DNA of 64,000 nt from Squalus acanthias (taxonomy: Eukaryota): contig CM059431.1 in NCBI GenBank assembly GCA_030390025.1, forward strand, positions 144,586,001 through 144,650,000, written 5' to 3'. The notes under the pieces were generated by a model, which made no database searches, was not told the DNA's origin, and saw only the letters and a program-made list of their open reading frames with translations. The stretch's first letter is position 1; the number at the start of each line of letters is the position of its first letter. This document shows, one piece after another, positions 1 through 13,580 of this stretch. The translations under genes and the position numbers were made by a program.

Positions 1-3000
1 TTAATTTTGCACACTAACCTCTTATGTGGGAGTTTTTGAAAGGCCTTCTGAAAATCCAAATACACCACATCTACTGGCTCTCCCTTATCTATTCTACCAG
101 TTACATCCTCAAAAAACTCCAGTAGGTTTGTCAAACTCGACTTCCCTTTCATAAATCCATGATGACTTTGTCTAATCCCGTTGATATTTTCTAAGTGTCC
201 TGGTATCACATCCTTGATATGAGACTCCAGCATTTTCCCTACTATTGATGTTAGCCTAAACGGTCTGTGGTTCCCTGTTTTCTCCCTCCCTCCTTTTTTA
301 AATAGCGGGGTTACATTTGCCACTCTCCACTCTGCAGGAAGTATTCCATAATCTATAGAATTTAGGAAGATGGCAACCAATGCCTCCACTATTTCCATGG
401 CTACCTCTTTTATTACTCTGGGATGCAGATTATCAGGACTTGGGGATTTATCGGCTTTCAGTACCATTAATGTCTCCAACACTATTTTTTTCGTAATACT
501 AATTTCCTTTAATTCCTCCTTCTCACTAGACCCTTGGTTCCTTAGCATTTCTGGGAAGTTATTTGTGTCCTCTACCGTGAAGACAGAACCAAATTATTTG
601 TTTAATTGCTCAGTCATTTCCTAGTTCCCAATTATACATTCTCCAGTTTCTGACTGTAAGGGACCAACATTTGTCTTCACTAATCTTTATCTTTTTGCAT
701 ATTTGTAGAAGCCACTTTTATGTTGCTTGACAGTTTACTCTCATGATCTATTTTTCCCTCTTAATCAATCTCTTGGTCCTGTTTTGCTGAATTCTAAACT
801 GCTCCCAATCCTCAGTCTTGCTACTTTTTTCTGGCCACTTTACATGACTCCTCTTTGGATCTAATATTATCCTTAATTTCTTTTTTAAGCCATGGTTGGG
901 CCGCTTTTCCTTTTGTGTTTTTGCGCCAGAAAGGAATGTATAAATGCTGCAACTCATGCAATCGTTCCTTAAATGTTAGCCATTGCCTATTCACTGTCAT
1001 GCCTTTTAATGAAGCACCCCAACCTATCATAGCCAACTCCCTCCTCAGACCTTCATAGTTTCCTTTGTTTAGATTTAGGACCCTAGTTTCGGATTGGACT
1101 ACCTCATTTTCCATCTTAATGAAGAATTCTGTCATGTTATGGTCACTCTTCCCTAAAGGACCCCGCACAACAACATTATTAATTAACCACTTCTCATTGC
1201 ACAATGCCCAATATTTGATAGCCTGTTCACTAGATGGCTCATCATCGCACTGGTCTAAAAGAAAATCTCGTACACACTCCAGGAATTCATCCTCCACAGT
1301 ATAATTGCAAATTTGGTTTGGCCAGTCTATATGCAGACTAAAGACACCCATGATTACTATAGTACGCTTGTTACATGCATCTCTAATTTCCTGTTTGATG
1401 CCGTTCCCTACATTACCACTTCTGTTTAGAGGCCTATATACAACTCCCACCAAAGTGGTCTGCCCCTTGGTGCTTCTTAGCTCCACCTTGTGTAATTCTA
1501 CATCTTGATTTTCTGAGCCAATATCCGTTCTCTCTATTGCTCTAATTTCATTCTTTACGAATAACGCCACCACACCTCATTTTCCTTTTTGCCTGTCCTT
1601 CCTAAATATGGAATATCCTTGGATATTCAGGTCTCAGCCTTGGTCACCCTGCAGCCATGTCTCCGTAATTGAAGTTATATCTATTTGCGCTGTTAATCCG
1701 TCTACCTTATTATGAATGCTTCGTGCATTCAGATACAGTGCCTTTAGATTTGTCTTTTTAACATTTTTAGACATCAAAATATTTTTGGTACTATGGCCCT
1801 ATTTGTCTTCCAATTATTTTGTTACCAGGACCCTATCTGTTAGTGCACTCTTTTGTTTGTGCGCTCTGTCCTTTCCTGACAAAATCTGGTTATCCTTACC
1901 CCAATCCCGTTCCTGCACTGCTTCCCTGTCTTTTCTATTTAGTATTCTATATTTCTCTACACCATGCCACCCCCCCACCCACCCCCCCGCCTCTTATTTA
2001 TTTTAAAGCCCTATCTGCCTCCCTAGTTATTCGATTCGCTACAGCTCTGGTCCCAGCATGGTTCACGGAACAGCTCTCTCTTTCCCCAGTACTGGTGCCA
2101 GTGCCCCACGAATCGAAACCCACTTCTCCCACACCAAACTTTGAGCCACGCATTCATCTCCCTGATCCTGTTGACCCTATGCCAATTTGCTCGTGGCTCA
2201 GGTAATAATCCACAGATTATTATCTTTGTGGTTCTGCTTTTTAATTCATTCCCTAGCTGCTCAAACGCTCTCAGCAGAACATCTTTCTTAGTCCTACCTA
2301 TGTCGTTGGTACCTACGTGGACCATGACAACTGGATCCTCCCCCTCCCACTCGAAGTACATCTCCAGCCCGGAGGAGATGTCCTTTACACTTGGCACCAG
2401 GTAGGCAACATAGCCTTCGGGACTCATGCTCCTGGCTGCAGAGAACAGTGTCTATCCCCCTAAAAATACTGTCGACTACAACAACCACCGTCCTTTTTAC
2501 TCCCTCCACTTGAACGGCGTCCTGCAGCACGGTGCAGTGGTCAGTTTGCTCGTCCTCCCTGCATGCCCCGCATTGTCCACAAGCGTTGCAAGAACCTCGA
2601 ATCTATTGACAAGTGCAGGGACTGAGGCTCCTGCAATCCAACTCCTGGATACCAGTACTTGTCCCACTCGCAGTCACAGCCTCCTGTCCCTGACCACGTG
2701 TCAATTCCAAAGTATTTAGTCTAAGGGGTGTGCCTGCCTCCTGGAGCAAAAGTCCAGTTAACATCCTCCCTTCCTGATGTCTCGCAATGTCTACAGCTCG
2801 TACTCCATCTCATAAATCGGAGATGAAGTTCCTCGATCTGCAGACACTTATCACAGATGTAATCGCCCTGGACTAAAATATTCACAAGCTCCCACATATT
2901 GCAGCAGCAACACATCTCCTGTTCTCCCATTATGTTATTTATTTAATTAATTAGTTTAATGGTAACCAAAGTATTTTTCTCGCTTAGTTTACTGAATTAA

Positions 3001-3320
3001 TTAAATTAAGCTTCGTTTTTAAAATTTAGTCATATGCTATATGTTAACTTAAACATTAGCCCACAGTCTCAACCAATCACTTACCTGACTTGCCTGTGAC
3101 GTCACACGGCAGTTGTCTCTTGTTGTTGCAGGTCTGCTGCTGCTTTTATCCCCGCTCTCAGGCCTCGGTCTGCTCCCGCTCAGGTCCGCCGCCACTCTGC
3201 AGGAGACGTTAGTAAAAGCAAGGCAAAGCAGCACCTCCTTCCCCATTTCACCGAACTTCCACACTTACCAAATGTCCATATTGTTCACTTTATGTCAAGC
3301 GTCACTCCGTGCCAAATGCA
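1..3320 (-). mobile_element. CR1 LINE, 5' portion, degenerate: ORF1 (zinc finger + SGNH esterase) and ORF2 endonuclease; runs off the left edge
   Basis: Minus ORFs: 2721-2930 CxxCxMW...YICDKC zinc finger; 2023-2530 VVVVDSIFRG/CCLPGAK/VHVGTNDIG esterase; 821-1573 VGVVYRP..LGKSDHNM APE endonuclease. Several stops and frameshifts. Confidence 0.9.
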
Positions 3321-3334
3321 CTCCAACCTCCCTT

Positions 3335-4140
3335 GTTTGTACTACTCAGATTTATGAGTCAGCTCGCTGGCAGTTCCTACACTTACACTAGACGATACCG
3401 TGCTCCTCCACTACAAGTGATATCCTACACTTACACTGGAGTTGACTGTGCTCCTCCTGTACTTTTTATATTCTACCCCTACAGTAGAGATGACCGTGCT
3501 CCTCCTGTACTATTTATACCCTACAACCACAGTAGAGATGACTGTGCTCCTTCTGTACTATTTATATCCTACACCTACAGTAGAGATCACCGTGCTCCTC
3601 CTATACTTTTTATATCCTGCAACTACAGTAGAGATGACCGTGCTCCTCCTGTACTATTTATATCCTACACCCACAGTAGAGATGACCGTGCTCTTCCTGT
3701 ACTATTTATATTCCAGACCTACAGTAGAGATGACCGTGCTCCTCCTGTGCTATTTATATCCTACACCTACAGTAGAGATGGCCGTGCTCCTTCTGTACAA
3801 TTTTTTTATCCTAGATCTAGAGTAGAGATAACTGTGCTCCTCTGGTACTCGTGATAGCCTATATTTACACCAGAGGTGAGCAAACTCCTTCGGTACTAGA
3901 GGTTCGCTAAACATACAGAAGCGTGGACCAAGCTCCTCCACCACTAGTGATACTTCTACACTTAAACTAGCGGTGTCAGTGCTTCTCCGGTAAGAGTATT
4001 ACCCTACACTTGCAGTATAGGTGAACGTGCTACTCCAGTACTATTCGTATCCTACACTTACAATAGAATTCATATTTCTCCTACAATATTAGTGGCAACC
4101 CAACCTTACACAAGAGTTAAACATTCTCTGGAACTAGAAA
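3335..4140 (-). repeat. 48/49-bp tandem satellite (homogeneous 48-bp core ~3440-3810)
   Basis: Unit agtagagatgaccgtgctcctcctgtactatttatatcctacacctac; its reverse complement aligns to the 49-bp unit at 25.4-26.2 kb. Confidence 0.9.
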
Positions 4141-4145
4141 TACCA

Positions 4146-4573
4146 GCTGGGTCTGTTTTCTTTGGAACAGAAGAGGCTGTGGGGAGACCTTATTGAGGTG
4201 TACAAAATTATGAGGGGCAGAGGTAAAGTGGATAGAAAGGACCTATTTCCCTTAGCAGAGGGGTCAAAAACCAGGGGGCACAGATTTTAAGTAATTGGTG
4301 GAAGATTTAGAGGGGATTTGAGGGGAAATCTATTCACCCAGAAAGTTTTGGGCATCTGGAACTCACTGCCTGAAACGTTGGTAGAGACAGGAACACTAAC
4401 TACAATAAAAAAGTACTTGGATGCGCACTTGGGATGCTATAACCTGCAGGGCTACGGACCAAGAGGTGGGAAGTGGAATTAGGCTGGATAGCTCTTTGTT
4501 GGCCGGCGCGGACACGATGGGCCGAAATGGACTCCTTCCGTGCTGTAACTTTCTATGAATGTATGATTCTATG
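4146..4573 (+). mobile_element. CR1 3' fragment
   Basis: ORF2 C-terminal remnant (GDLIEVYKIMRG-like) and (ATTCTATG)-type tail. Confidence 0.8.
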
Positions 4574-4830
4574 AAGTACCACTACACTTACACTGTGGTT
4601 CAGAGGCTAGACTGTGATTTTCATGTTATAAAAAGGAAATAGAGGCACTGAAAGAGGTGAAGAAGATATTTCAAGTTTTTATTCCAGAAATGTGAGATTA
4701 TACCTGTCAGGAAAGATTCTGCAATCCGCGGCACTTTGCTCTAGAAAAGAGAGTGCTGACGGGTGATCTGATAGAAGTCTTTAAAATTATGAATGGGTTT
4801 GATAGGGTAAACGAAGAGAAGACATTCCCA

Positions 4831-5565
4831 AATAACAACAGAAAACGCTGGAAAAACTCAGCAGGCCAGGCAGCATCCGTGGAGAGAGAAACAGAGTTAA
4901 CGTTTCAGGTCATAGAAACATAGAAACTAGGAGCAGGAGTAGGCCATTCGAGCCTGCTCCACCATTCAATACGATCATGGCTGATCATCCAAATCCAGTA
5001 CCCTGTCCCTGCTTTCCCACACAGAATCCCCATCGAGCCTGCACCGACACATATCCCACCCTAACCCCGTAACCCCACGTATTTAATTCCCCCTAACATA
5101 TCCCATCCTATCCCCGTAACACCACATATTTAATCCCCCCCTTACACTAAGGGTCAATTTATCATAGCCAAATCAACCTAACCCGCACATTTTTGGGAAG
5201 TGGGAGGAAACCAGAGCACCCGGAGAAAACCCACGCAGAATGTGCAAACTCCACACAGACAGTCACACCGAGGCCATATTCGAACCCGGGTCCCTGGCGC
5301 TGTGAGGCACCAGTGCTAACCACTATGCCACCGTGCCGTCAGAACTGGAAAAAAGCAGGAAATGAAATAGATTTAAAGCAAGTTAAATCTGGGAAAAAGG
5401 GGAGGGGATGAAAGAACAAAAGGAGAGATTAAGAGACATTGAGAGACATTAAGAGATAATCAAGGTAAGAGGATGTGTTGATATAACAGGTTGAGGCTAA
5501 ATGAAGTGTGAAATGCACTAGCAGAATGAAGGACAGCTGCCAGCTTCTGGGAGGGAAAAAAAAGC
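4831..5565 (-). mobile_element. Penelope-like element terminal fragment, interrupted by a SINE
   Basis: Minus strand gacctgaaacgttaactctgtttctctctccacggatgctgcc...ccagcgttttctg, a recurrent repeat (second partial copy ~7978-8050 +); flanked by an 11-bp TSD. Confidence 0.55.
4912..5337 (-). mobile_element. HE1-like tRNA-derived V-SINE with CR1-type 3' tail
   Basis: Minus strand starts GGCACGGTGGCATAGTGGTTAGCACT (A box), then GGTTCGAAT (B box), V-domain tgtgtggagtttgcacattct..tgggttttctccgggtgctc, and a CR1-like tail (TTTCTATG)n. Confidence 0.8.
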
Positions 5566-7384
5566 AGACATTCCCACTTGTGAGGAGAATAAAACTCGTG
5601 ACCATGAATATAATATAGACACTAATAAATCCAACAGGGAGTCCAGGAGAAACTTATTCAACAAGAGACTGTTTAGAATGTGGAATTCGCTACTACAAGG
5701 ATTAGTTGTGGCGAGTGACATCGATACATTTAAGAGGAAGCTCGGTAAATATATAAGAAAGAAAATAAGTGAAGGAGATGCTGATAAGTTTAGTTGAGTG
5801 AGGTGGGAGGAGGCTTGTGTGGAGCATAAACAGCGGCATGAACCAGTTGGACCGTATGGTCTGTTCCTGTGCTGTACATTCTATATAAATCTATATAAAC
5901 AATATCACAAACAATCTTTGTAACAGGTTCCTTGGAAAGACCGTGGAAGCAGTTAGAAATAACTAACTCAAATGAAAATTAGAGTGATTGCTTTCAGAAT
6001 GTAACATTTTGGGGAACGGTATATGAATAATTAGAGACAATGTCCTTCGGAAAGGCAGAAGTAAATTACAATGTCTGCTTGAGGTAATGTTGCTTTTTGA
6101 AATTTGAAGAGAGTGAAGCTATTTGCACCGAAATCTGTGTCTGTTCGGCAAACACAAGGAACATGTCCCGTAACATTATTTTTAACAACTGATTATTCAA
6201 TTTGCATTTAACACAATGCAGAATTAAAACTACGTCTTAGCATTCAGCCGAAATAAGACACTCATTTTTACATTGATGTAATTACGTTTCATTGTAGTTC
6301 AATTATCAGTGTAACTTCATACATTTATAATATATATTTGGTCAATGCTTTATTGTTATAAATATAGAGAACGGGGTGAAAATTTAGTGGGAAAACTTTC
6401 GCTATGCTGGATTGAAAGAATTGCCTAGGTGTGCTTGGAAATTTATTATGGATTGTAATTATAACGAAATTAAAGATACAAAAAAGGTGCTTGCGATTTC
6501 AGGTCGAATATCAGGCAGAACAAAGCGCTTCATCACCGCAGGAAAAATACGATCATCGATTTTGCCCAAATCCATTGCCCCAATTAAATTTCACGACGGG
6601 TAGAAAGTTTCCTTCAGAGGTTTCGTTTATTTTCGTTTTTTTCAGTGAATTATTAAAATCCACAACATGTGATTCGTGAAAACGAAGCAGTCCTTAAGTT
6701 TCAAAAGAAAAGAACCTCATGAACATGACATGAACGTATGATATTGATAGCTACAATAGAAATAAATTGAATTGTGGAAAATTGTTATCGATTCGGTGCC
6801 AGGATGGCTAACATGTCACAAATTTCCATTGCCAGATTTCAAAGTTATAAAGAGTGTTGTTTAGTCATTATTAAGTGAAATGTTGGCATTCTAATGCTTG
6901 TGGAACTAGCTTCTTATTCACTAAGGGTCGATTGCCCAGTCCTTATTTGGAACATAGCAACTTCACTGGGCATAGAAGTAAGCGTCATCAGTCCCAATAT
7001 TATTCCACAATCTGGTGCAAGGGAAGCCATAGTGAGACGGGGAGGCTCCCAGACTCATTCACCAACCAGAAGAGTAAACTGTCCAGGAATTCAGATGGGA
7101 AAAGCGAAAGCTCTGGGGGTAAGATTAAAGCATTTATATTATTCATTTATTCCTTCTCAAAAAGATCACAATTTCAACATGCAATGTTTTACTTTCAACA
7201 AGCCTTGCGTAAAATGGCTTCGAGCCACAAGTGTAGGGACTTCATCAATTAGCATGGAGTTTAGTTCCCGTCACTACTCGTAGCGAAATTGTAAAAAGCT
7301 TCAGTGTGATCACATGTAGAATTTCGCTGCGACTACCAACCTGGAGATATGTTCCTGAGTATATTTATGAGCTATACTTCTTAA

Positions 7385-7775
7385 AATCAATGCTGGCGAT
7401 ATAGGCCTCGCTAGCAAGGTCAGCATTTATTTCCCAGACCATTTCCCCATGAGAAAATCATGGTGCGCCTTCTTGTTGAACAGCTGCAATCCATGTGGTG
7501 AAGGTGCTCCCACAGTGCTGTCAGCCAAGGATCTCAAGGGTTTTAACCCAGTGACGATGAAGGAACGGCAGATATCTGCCCATGTCAGGATGGTGTGTGA
7601 CTTGGAGGGGAGATGATGCTGTACTCATGCGCCTGCTGCCGTTGTCCTTCTGGGTTGTGGATTTCACTGGTTTGGGCGGTGCTGTTGAAGAAGCCTTGGC
7701 GAGTTGCTGCAGTACATCCTGGTACACACTGCAGCCACGGTGATTGACGGAGTGAATGTTTGTGGTGGTGGACCA
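7385..7775 (-). mobile_element. Non-LTR retrotransposon family B (CR1/L2 group) 3' fragment
   Basis: Reverse complement of the 3' end seen at 29850-30120. Confidence 0.75.
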
Positions 7776-8274
7776 CAGGCCTATGTGTGCTGGAGAATTT
7801 CCTCCATGGTTATTGTCGTAAAAAAGGGTTGTTAGTCCAGTGACAATACTTCAGCTCATGATTCTTGCACGAGTGTGTTTTTATAAAATCATTCTTTATT
7901 ACATTGAACAATAACAGTATTAAATTTTATATATCTGTTCTCCAGTGTTATAGTAAATGACAAGATGACATCCACATTCGTTAACTCTGTTTCTCTCACC
8001 ACGGATGCTGCCTGATCTGCTAAGTGTTTCCAGCATTTCTGTTGTTATTGTAATTAATGCAACATGATTCCCCGGGCCGGAGTGTTCACTTTCCGCTCTA
8101 GACTGCCTGCATGTCTGCGGGCTTCCAACTGGCACAGAGAGCGGTCCCAACCCCAAGAGAACAACTCAGCTCGTGTTTCCCAGGCGACCAGCTCCATCCC
8201 TCCAGGCCTTCCGTGCGGCTGCGTGGCTCCTGACCAATCCGAGAACCCTTGGGAGCAACCGGGTGCTATTTTTT

Positions 8275-8815
8275 TAATATTCTTCCGGGATGTGCGCGTC
8301 GCTGGCAAGGCCAGCATTTATTGCCCATCCGTAATTGCCCTTGAGAAGGTGGTGGTGAGCCACCTTCTTGAACCGCTGCAGTCCGTGTGGTGAAGGTACT
8401 CGCACAGTGCAGTTAGGTAGGGAGTTGTAGGATTTTGACCCAGTGACGATGAAGGATCGGCGATATAATTATAAGTCAGGATGGTGTGTGACTTGAAGGG
8501 GAACTTGCAGGTGGTGGTGTTTCCACGCGCCTGCTGCCTTTGTCCTTCTAGGTCGTAGAGGTCGCGGGTTTGGGAGGTGTTTCCGAAGAAGTTTTGACGA
8601 GTTTCCCTATTGCATCCTGTAGATGGTACACACTAGAGCCATGGTACAGTACACTTGTGGTGGAGGGAGTGAATGGTTAAGGTGGTGGGTGGGGTGCCAG
8701 TCAAGCGGGCTGCTTTGTCATGGATGGTGTCAAGCATCTTGAGTGTTGTTGGAGCTGCACTCATCCAGGCAAGTGAATAGTATTCCATCACACTCCTTAC
8801 TTGTGCCTTGTAAAA
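8275..8815 (-). mobile_element. Non-LTR retrotransposon family B 3' fragment
   Basis: Reverse complement of 29590-30120. Confidence 0.8.
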
Positions 8816-9397
8816 GCTTGGTCTGTGCCTACGTATTACTTAGTTGCATGTTTTGCTGAGGCCGCGTTTTTAGGTGTTTACCCCGCTTTTCCTAGAAATT
8901 CGTCTCGGGAGGTGGCGCAAAACGGGCGGTTTCGGATTCAGTTCAATTGCGGTCAATATGGCTGAATATCAGGCGCTGCGTATAACTGGGCCGCCGCTCC
9001 GATACCGCCCGTCTTGTGTCACCCCCAGAGAGGAATTTCCAGGTAATTTTTCGGACTTTGCCTCTTTTCTACAATCTTTGTTTATAATACAGTAGGTAAG
9101 TCAATTTGTATCTTTTAGCGTGGTATATAGCGTCTTGGCAACTAATCTCTTATCAGCCTTTTTCCCGACCTGGTTTTTTATCAAGTTGTGTCCTTGAGTT
9201 TTCAAACTGTTTATGGTTCATACATCGAGACAAGATTCACGTTTCCCTTTCTCCTGCATCGGCTTTAACAGTAAATCGCCAACGGAAAGAATGCTGGGAC
9301 ACCTTGACCATTTAAATGATATTAAAACATTCTAACAATGCGTTAATCGAATCATCTCAATCAGCTTTCAACCAATTTTTACTTGTCTCTTACCTTG

Positions 9398-9480
9398 ATC
9401 TCTCTCTCTCTCTCCTCCTCTCTCTCTCTCTCTATCTCTCACTCATCTCTTTCTCTCCCTCCCCCCTCTCTCGCTCTCGC
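9398..9480. repeat. (CT)n microsatellite
   Basis: Imperfect CT run. Confidence 0.85.
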
Positions 9481-10054
9481 ACACACTGTTATATTTTGTA
9501 TTGTTTTATACATGTTAGCTTGTTTCCTCAGTGCGATACTTGTTCTCTTTTAGATTATGCAGATTCTGTTGGGAATAGTTCTCATAACAATCTGAATGGC
9601 TTTAATTCTGAATCCGAGATCGGTAGCAGGAGCAGATAGAACACAGTGGTGTGGCGGGCTGTCGGTGAGTTTATGTCCAATGTCTGTAGTAGAAACTGTT
9701 TGGAGGAACTTAAATCCGGTTAGAATTGATTGGATGAGATGTTAGACTTTTTGTTGCAATGTTATGCATTGAATTGTAGCGGCTCGCTTTAACATTCTTC
9801 TGATTGTCGCTATTTTACCGGAGGCATCAACTATTCTAAAGTGGATAACTTTCCGTTAAAATAGCGAACAAATGGGATGTTAGACGAACGAGAATTGCTA
9901 AGGTAAAGGAAGAAACACTAATATCTGCGCCCAGATTTATTTAAAATCCTCATGTATCGAGAACGTTATTTGTTTATTGATAACCTATTCAACGTTTAAT
10001 GGTCTGTGAATAATCAGCCAGAAAATTATACTTCAGAATTAAAGACTGTTGTTA

Positions 10055-10525
10055 TAGTTCACCAGAATTATACTGGGGTTAAACTTCTTTTAAAAAGAGG
10101 ACGGGTTGCATAGACTAGACTTGTATTCCCTCGAGTATAGAAGATTAAGCGGTCATCTAACTGAGGTGTTTAAGTTGATTAAACTCACTAATATGATTGA
10201 TAGAGAGAAACTATTTCCTCTGGTGGGGGAGTCCAGAATATAACTTTAAAATTAGTACTAGGCCATACATGTGTTATGTCAGAAAGCACTTCTTCAGGCA
10301 ATGGATATTGAAAATCCGGTGCTCTCTCGCTCCAATGGCTGTTGAGGGTAGGGGTCAGTTGAAAATTTCAAAACTGAGGCTGCTCGATGTATGTTGCTTG
10401 AGTTTGTTAAGGGTTAGGGAACCAAGGCAGGTAGATGAAGTTAAGTTATAGAACAACCATAATCTAATTAACTGGCGGAACAGGCTCGAGGGGCTGAATG
10501 ACCTAGTCATGATTCAGTGTTCCAA
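10055..10525 (+). mobile_element. CR1 3' fragment
   Basis: Degenerate LYSLEYRRLSGHL / KHFF motifs and CR1 3' UTR gaacaggctcgaggggctgaatg. Confidence 0.7.
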
Positions 10526-11789
10526 TAAATATACACAGGCTTCATCATGTGGAATTGATATGTCACATTTCTTTCCCAGTTTATACTTTCTGAGAGTCTG
10601 TGATGTATTGTGGGAAAGACATCATCTACAGGCCTTGTAAGTATCTCCACAATGACTCTCCATATAAACACCGCAGTCCATTGCACGGAATGCTGCTCTA
10701 ATTTGACATTCTGGTTGCTGAGCTGATTATGGACGTATTGGAAAAGTTACCTTTAACTGGGACTGTTCAGATATGTGGTAACCCGTATAATTGGGTGGGT
10801 CTTGGGGATGAAATTGCTGAATTGCCGGGTGGTAAAACAAGCGGTCATGCATCAGTCACCCGATTGACGTCCGGCCCGATATTCAGTTCTATTGATTTCA
10901 TAATCGGTAATGCCAGTTTTACCCTCACTAGGGGTAAATTTGGACTTCGTAGGTAGTAAAACGAGTCGGCAGCCAGTTTCAAGATCTGCCCCAATGTCTT
11001 TTACCCATCAGTTCCAGTTGTAATTCCAGACACTTGCTCTCATTGCACTTTTACGAGGCAAGAGTATTAAAGCTACTGGGACCCAAAACGGGTAGATGGA
11101 GTCAACCTAAAGATCAGAAATAATCTAACTGATTGAAGGAACAATTTGGTGGGTCTGAATTGCCTGCTCCTGATCTTATGTTCCTGTCTTCCTAATGAAT
11201 GTTTAGAAGAGACTATCTATGAATTTGTTTCATTGTTTTATCATTTGACTCTACCCCTGATCAGTGCAGTTTCCCACTACTCACACTGCTCACTGCGAAA
11301 TCCAAAATAGAAAAAATGCTTTCCTCTACAAATTGGATTGAAATAAATTTGTCTTTTATGCCACCTACATATGCTGCCATAGTAGGTCAACTTTTATTTT
11401 CAGAAACAAAATGAAATACTCTTATTTGACAGCTCTTTCAAAGAACCGGCACGGTCATTATGGAAAGGCCGCCTTGTGTGCTTTAAGATTCTATGATACT
11501 ATAGTTTTGCAATAAACCCGGTTGGTGTGGCATTTGGAGCTCATTAATGTCTTTAGATGGATGCTTTGAATTAGATACTGCGGCCAGACAGCTAATGGCA
11601 TTGTGAAGATCTACCAAATTCATATATTTTATAAATATTTTGCTTATTCTTGGAAGGTGTCGTCCTGTCTGGCGCTGAGTGCGTTCAGTGCCCTTCTTGG
11701 CGTAGCCAATCTGATCCTGTCTTACATTTACATCGAGGTTTGGACCCCACTCATTCTCTGCCTTCTGGTTTTACCTGCGATTCGTGGCC

Positions 11790-12265
11790 CACCACTTTGG
11801 CTGTAAGTACAGACTATATTTATCCAATTCCCTTTTGAAAGGTATTATAGAATCTGCACCCACCTCCCTTTCAGACAGTGCATTCCAGATCATAAAAACT
11901 CATTGCATAATTGTTGTCATCACGTCGCCTCTGGTTAATTTTCCAATGACCTTAAATCTGTGTCTCTGGATACCGAGCGCTCTGCCACTGGAACCAGTTT
12001 CTCCTTATTTTATCCATCAAACGCCTTCATGATTTTGAAGATTTCTTTAAAATTTCCCCTCAACATTCTTTGCTCGAAGGAGAACAACCCCAGTTTCTCT
12101 AATCTATCCACGTAACTGAAGTTTTTCATCCCAGGTACCTTTCTATAAAATTTCATCTGCACCCTCTCTAAGGCTTTGACATCCTTCCGAAAGTGTGGTG
12201 CCAAGTATTGGCCACAATACTCCAGCTGCAGCCTAAGTAATGCTTTATACAGGATTAGCATAACT
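11790..12265 (-). mobile_element. CR1 ORF2 C-terminal fragment
   Basis: LYKALLRLQLEYCGQYLAPHFRKDVKALERVQ. Confidence 0.8.
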
Positions 12266-12699
12266 CCCTTAATACATGAATAACAGTTTTAAATCAGCAC
12301 TCCCTCTGGCCGTGTTATTGTTGATTGAACAATTAAATAATTTTCTACAAAAAAACAATTGAGATTGCCCTTCACAGTACAGCTTTGCTTCACTTTCCAT
12401 TTCCCAGGCACAAACTGACATAATAAAACCAATCGGCGGATCAGCATGAGAGAGAATCAGTGAGAAATCTCTTTAGGAGGCGTTCTAATACCGCTTTGGG
12501 TTTCCATCTTACGAAGTGTAACCACAATACCCTATCAATTCAGCGTTTCAATGGGACGAGGGGACATCCTGTGAAGTCATGTATACAGGAAACAAGCTTG
12601 AAGTTAATATAAATTTTTAGAGTGGCAACATAAACTGCTTAACATCTCCAAATAGCTAACAAAAAATGTATTACATGGATCGTGTGAATCATGTTTATT

Positions 12700-13033
12700 T
12701 AAAGAGTAAATAAGGAAAATCTGATCTCAGTGGCAGAGCGTCGGTAACCAGAGGACACAGATTGAAGATAATTGGGAAAAGAACCAGCGGAGAAATGTGG
12801 ATAATTCGTTTTTTACACAGCGGCTTGTTATGATCTGGAATGCACTGCCTGAAAAAGTGGTGGAAGCAGATTCAATAATAACTTTGAAAAGTGAACTGGA
12901 TAAATACTTGAATCAAAAATGCGGGACTATGGGGAAAGAACAGGGGAGTGTGTTTAATTGGTTAACTCTTTCAAAGAGCAAGCACGGGCACAATGGGCCG
13001 ATTTGGACTCCTTCTGTTCTGTATCATTCTATG
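12700..13033 (+). mobile_element. CR1 3' fragment
   Basis: FFTQRLVMIWNALPEKVVEADS followed by an attctatg tail. Confidence 0.8.
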
Positions 13034-13446
13034 AGTCTATTAATTGGTACTGTGGAGATTAAAGCAATCTTCGGTCTGTTCGTACATTCTATGTGCACAA
13101 CCTGCTATAACATTTCAAGTTATATTTCCATCTGTTCACGTTTGAAATGAGCAGACGTCATGCGGTCATTGCACCAGCCGGCCTGTGGCGGCGCTGTAGC
13201 GCCTGCGTTTTGCGGCTGCCCCTTCCGCAGCCTGGAGTGAAGAAAAGCTTCAATGAATTGTTCTTCTAGACTTCCAACATTGCAGTCAGATTTGCTATGT
13301 AGCGGCAAAATTCAGACTTGCAAATGGGGGGTGAATTATAGTTCCACGCATTGGTCCATTAATTCCCTCCTCCACAATTAAATAACCTTTCAGCTGAAAA
13401 CATATTCTTGATGCCCTGTGGGAGGTCGCCTAATATTGAGAAAATG

Positions 13447-13580
13447 GGGCTGGAAATAACTGCGTTACACTCTTCCCGATTTTCTTTTCCAGTGAAGTAA
13501 ATTGGAGAGGAAAATCGGGAGTAGCGTAAAACGGGCTTCTGATGAAGATTCAGCTCTACTGGTGGAGATCAATTTCACTC
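13447..13580. mobile_element. Palindromic MITE-like element
   Basis: Arms tcccgattttcttttcca / tggagaggaaaatcggga around a short spacer. Confidence 0.5.

Larger units (their letters stand above)
4640..5890 (+). mobile_element. CR1 3' fragment split by a nested insertion at 4831-5565
   Basis: CR1 sequence resumes after a duplicated AGACATTCCCA (4820-4830 and 5566-5576). Confidence 0.75.

Noticed and set aside
3309..3854. 181-aa and 127-aa repeat proteins
   Set aside because: By-products of the 48-bp satellite period; the homologous 49-bp array is not open.
6875..7283. Two 125-129 aa ORFs with a gtaag donor-like site
   Set aside because: No recognisable domain or partner exons.
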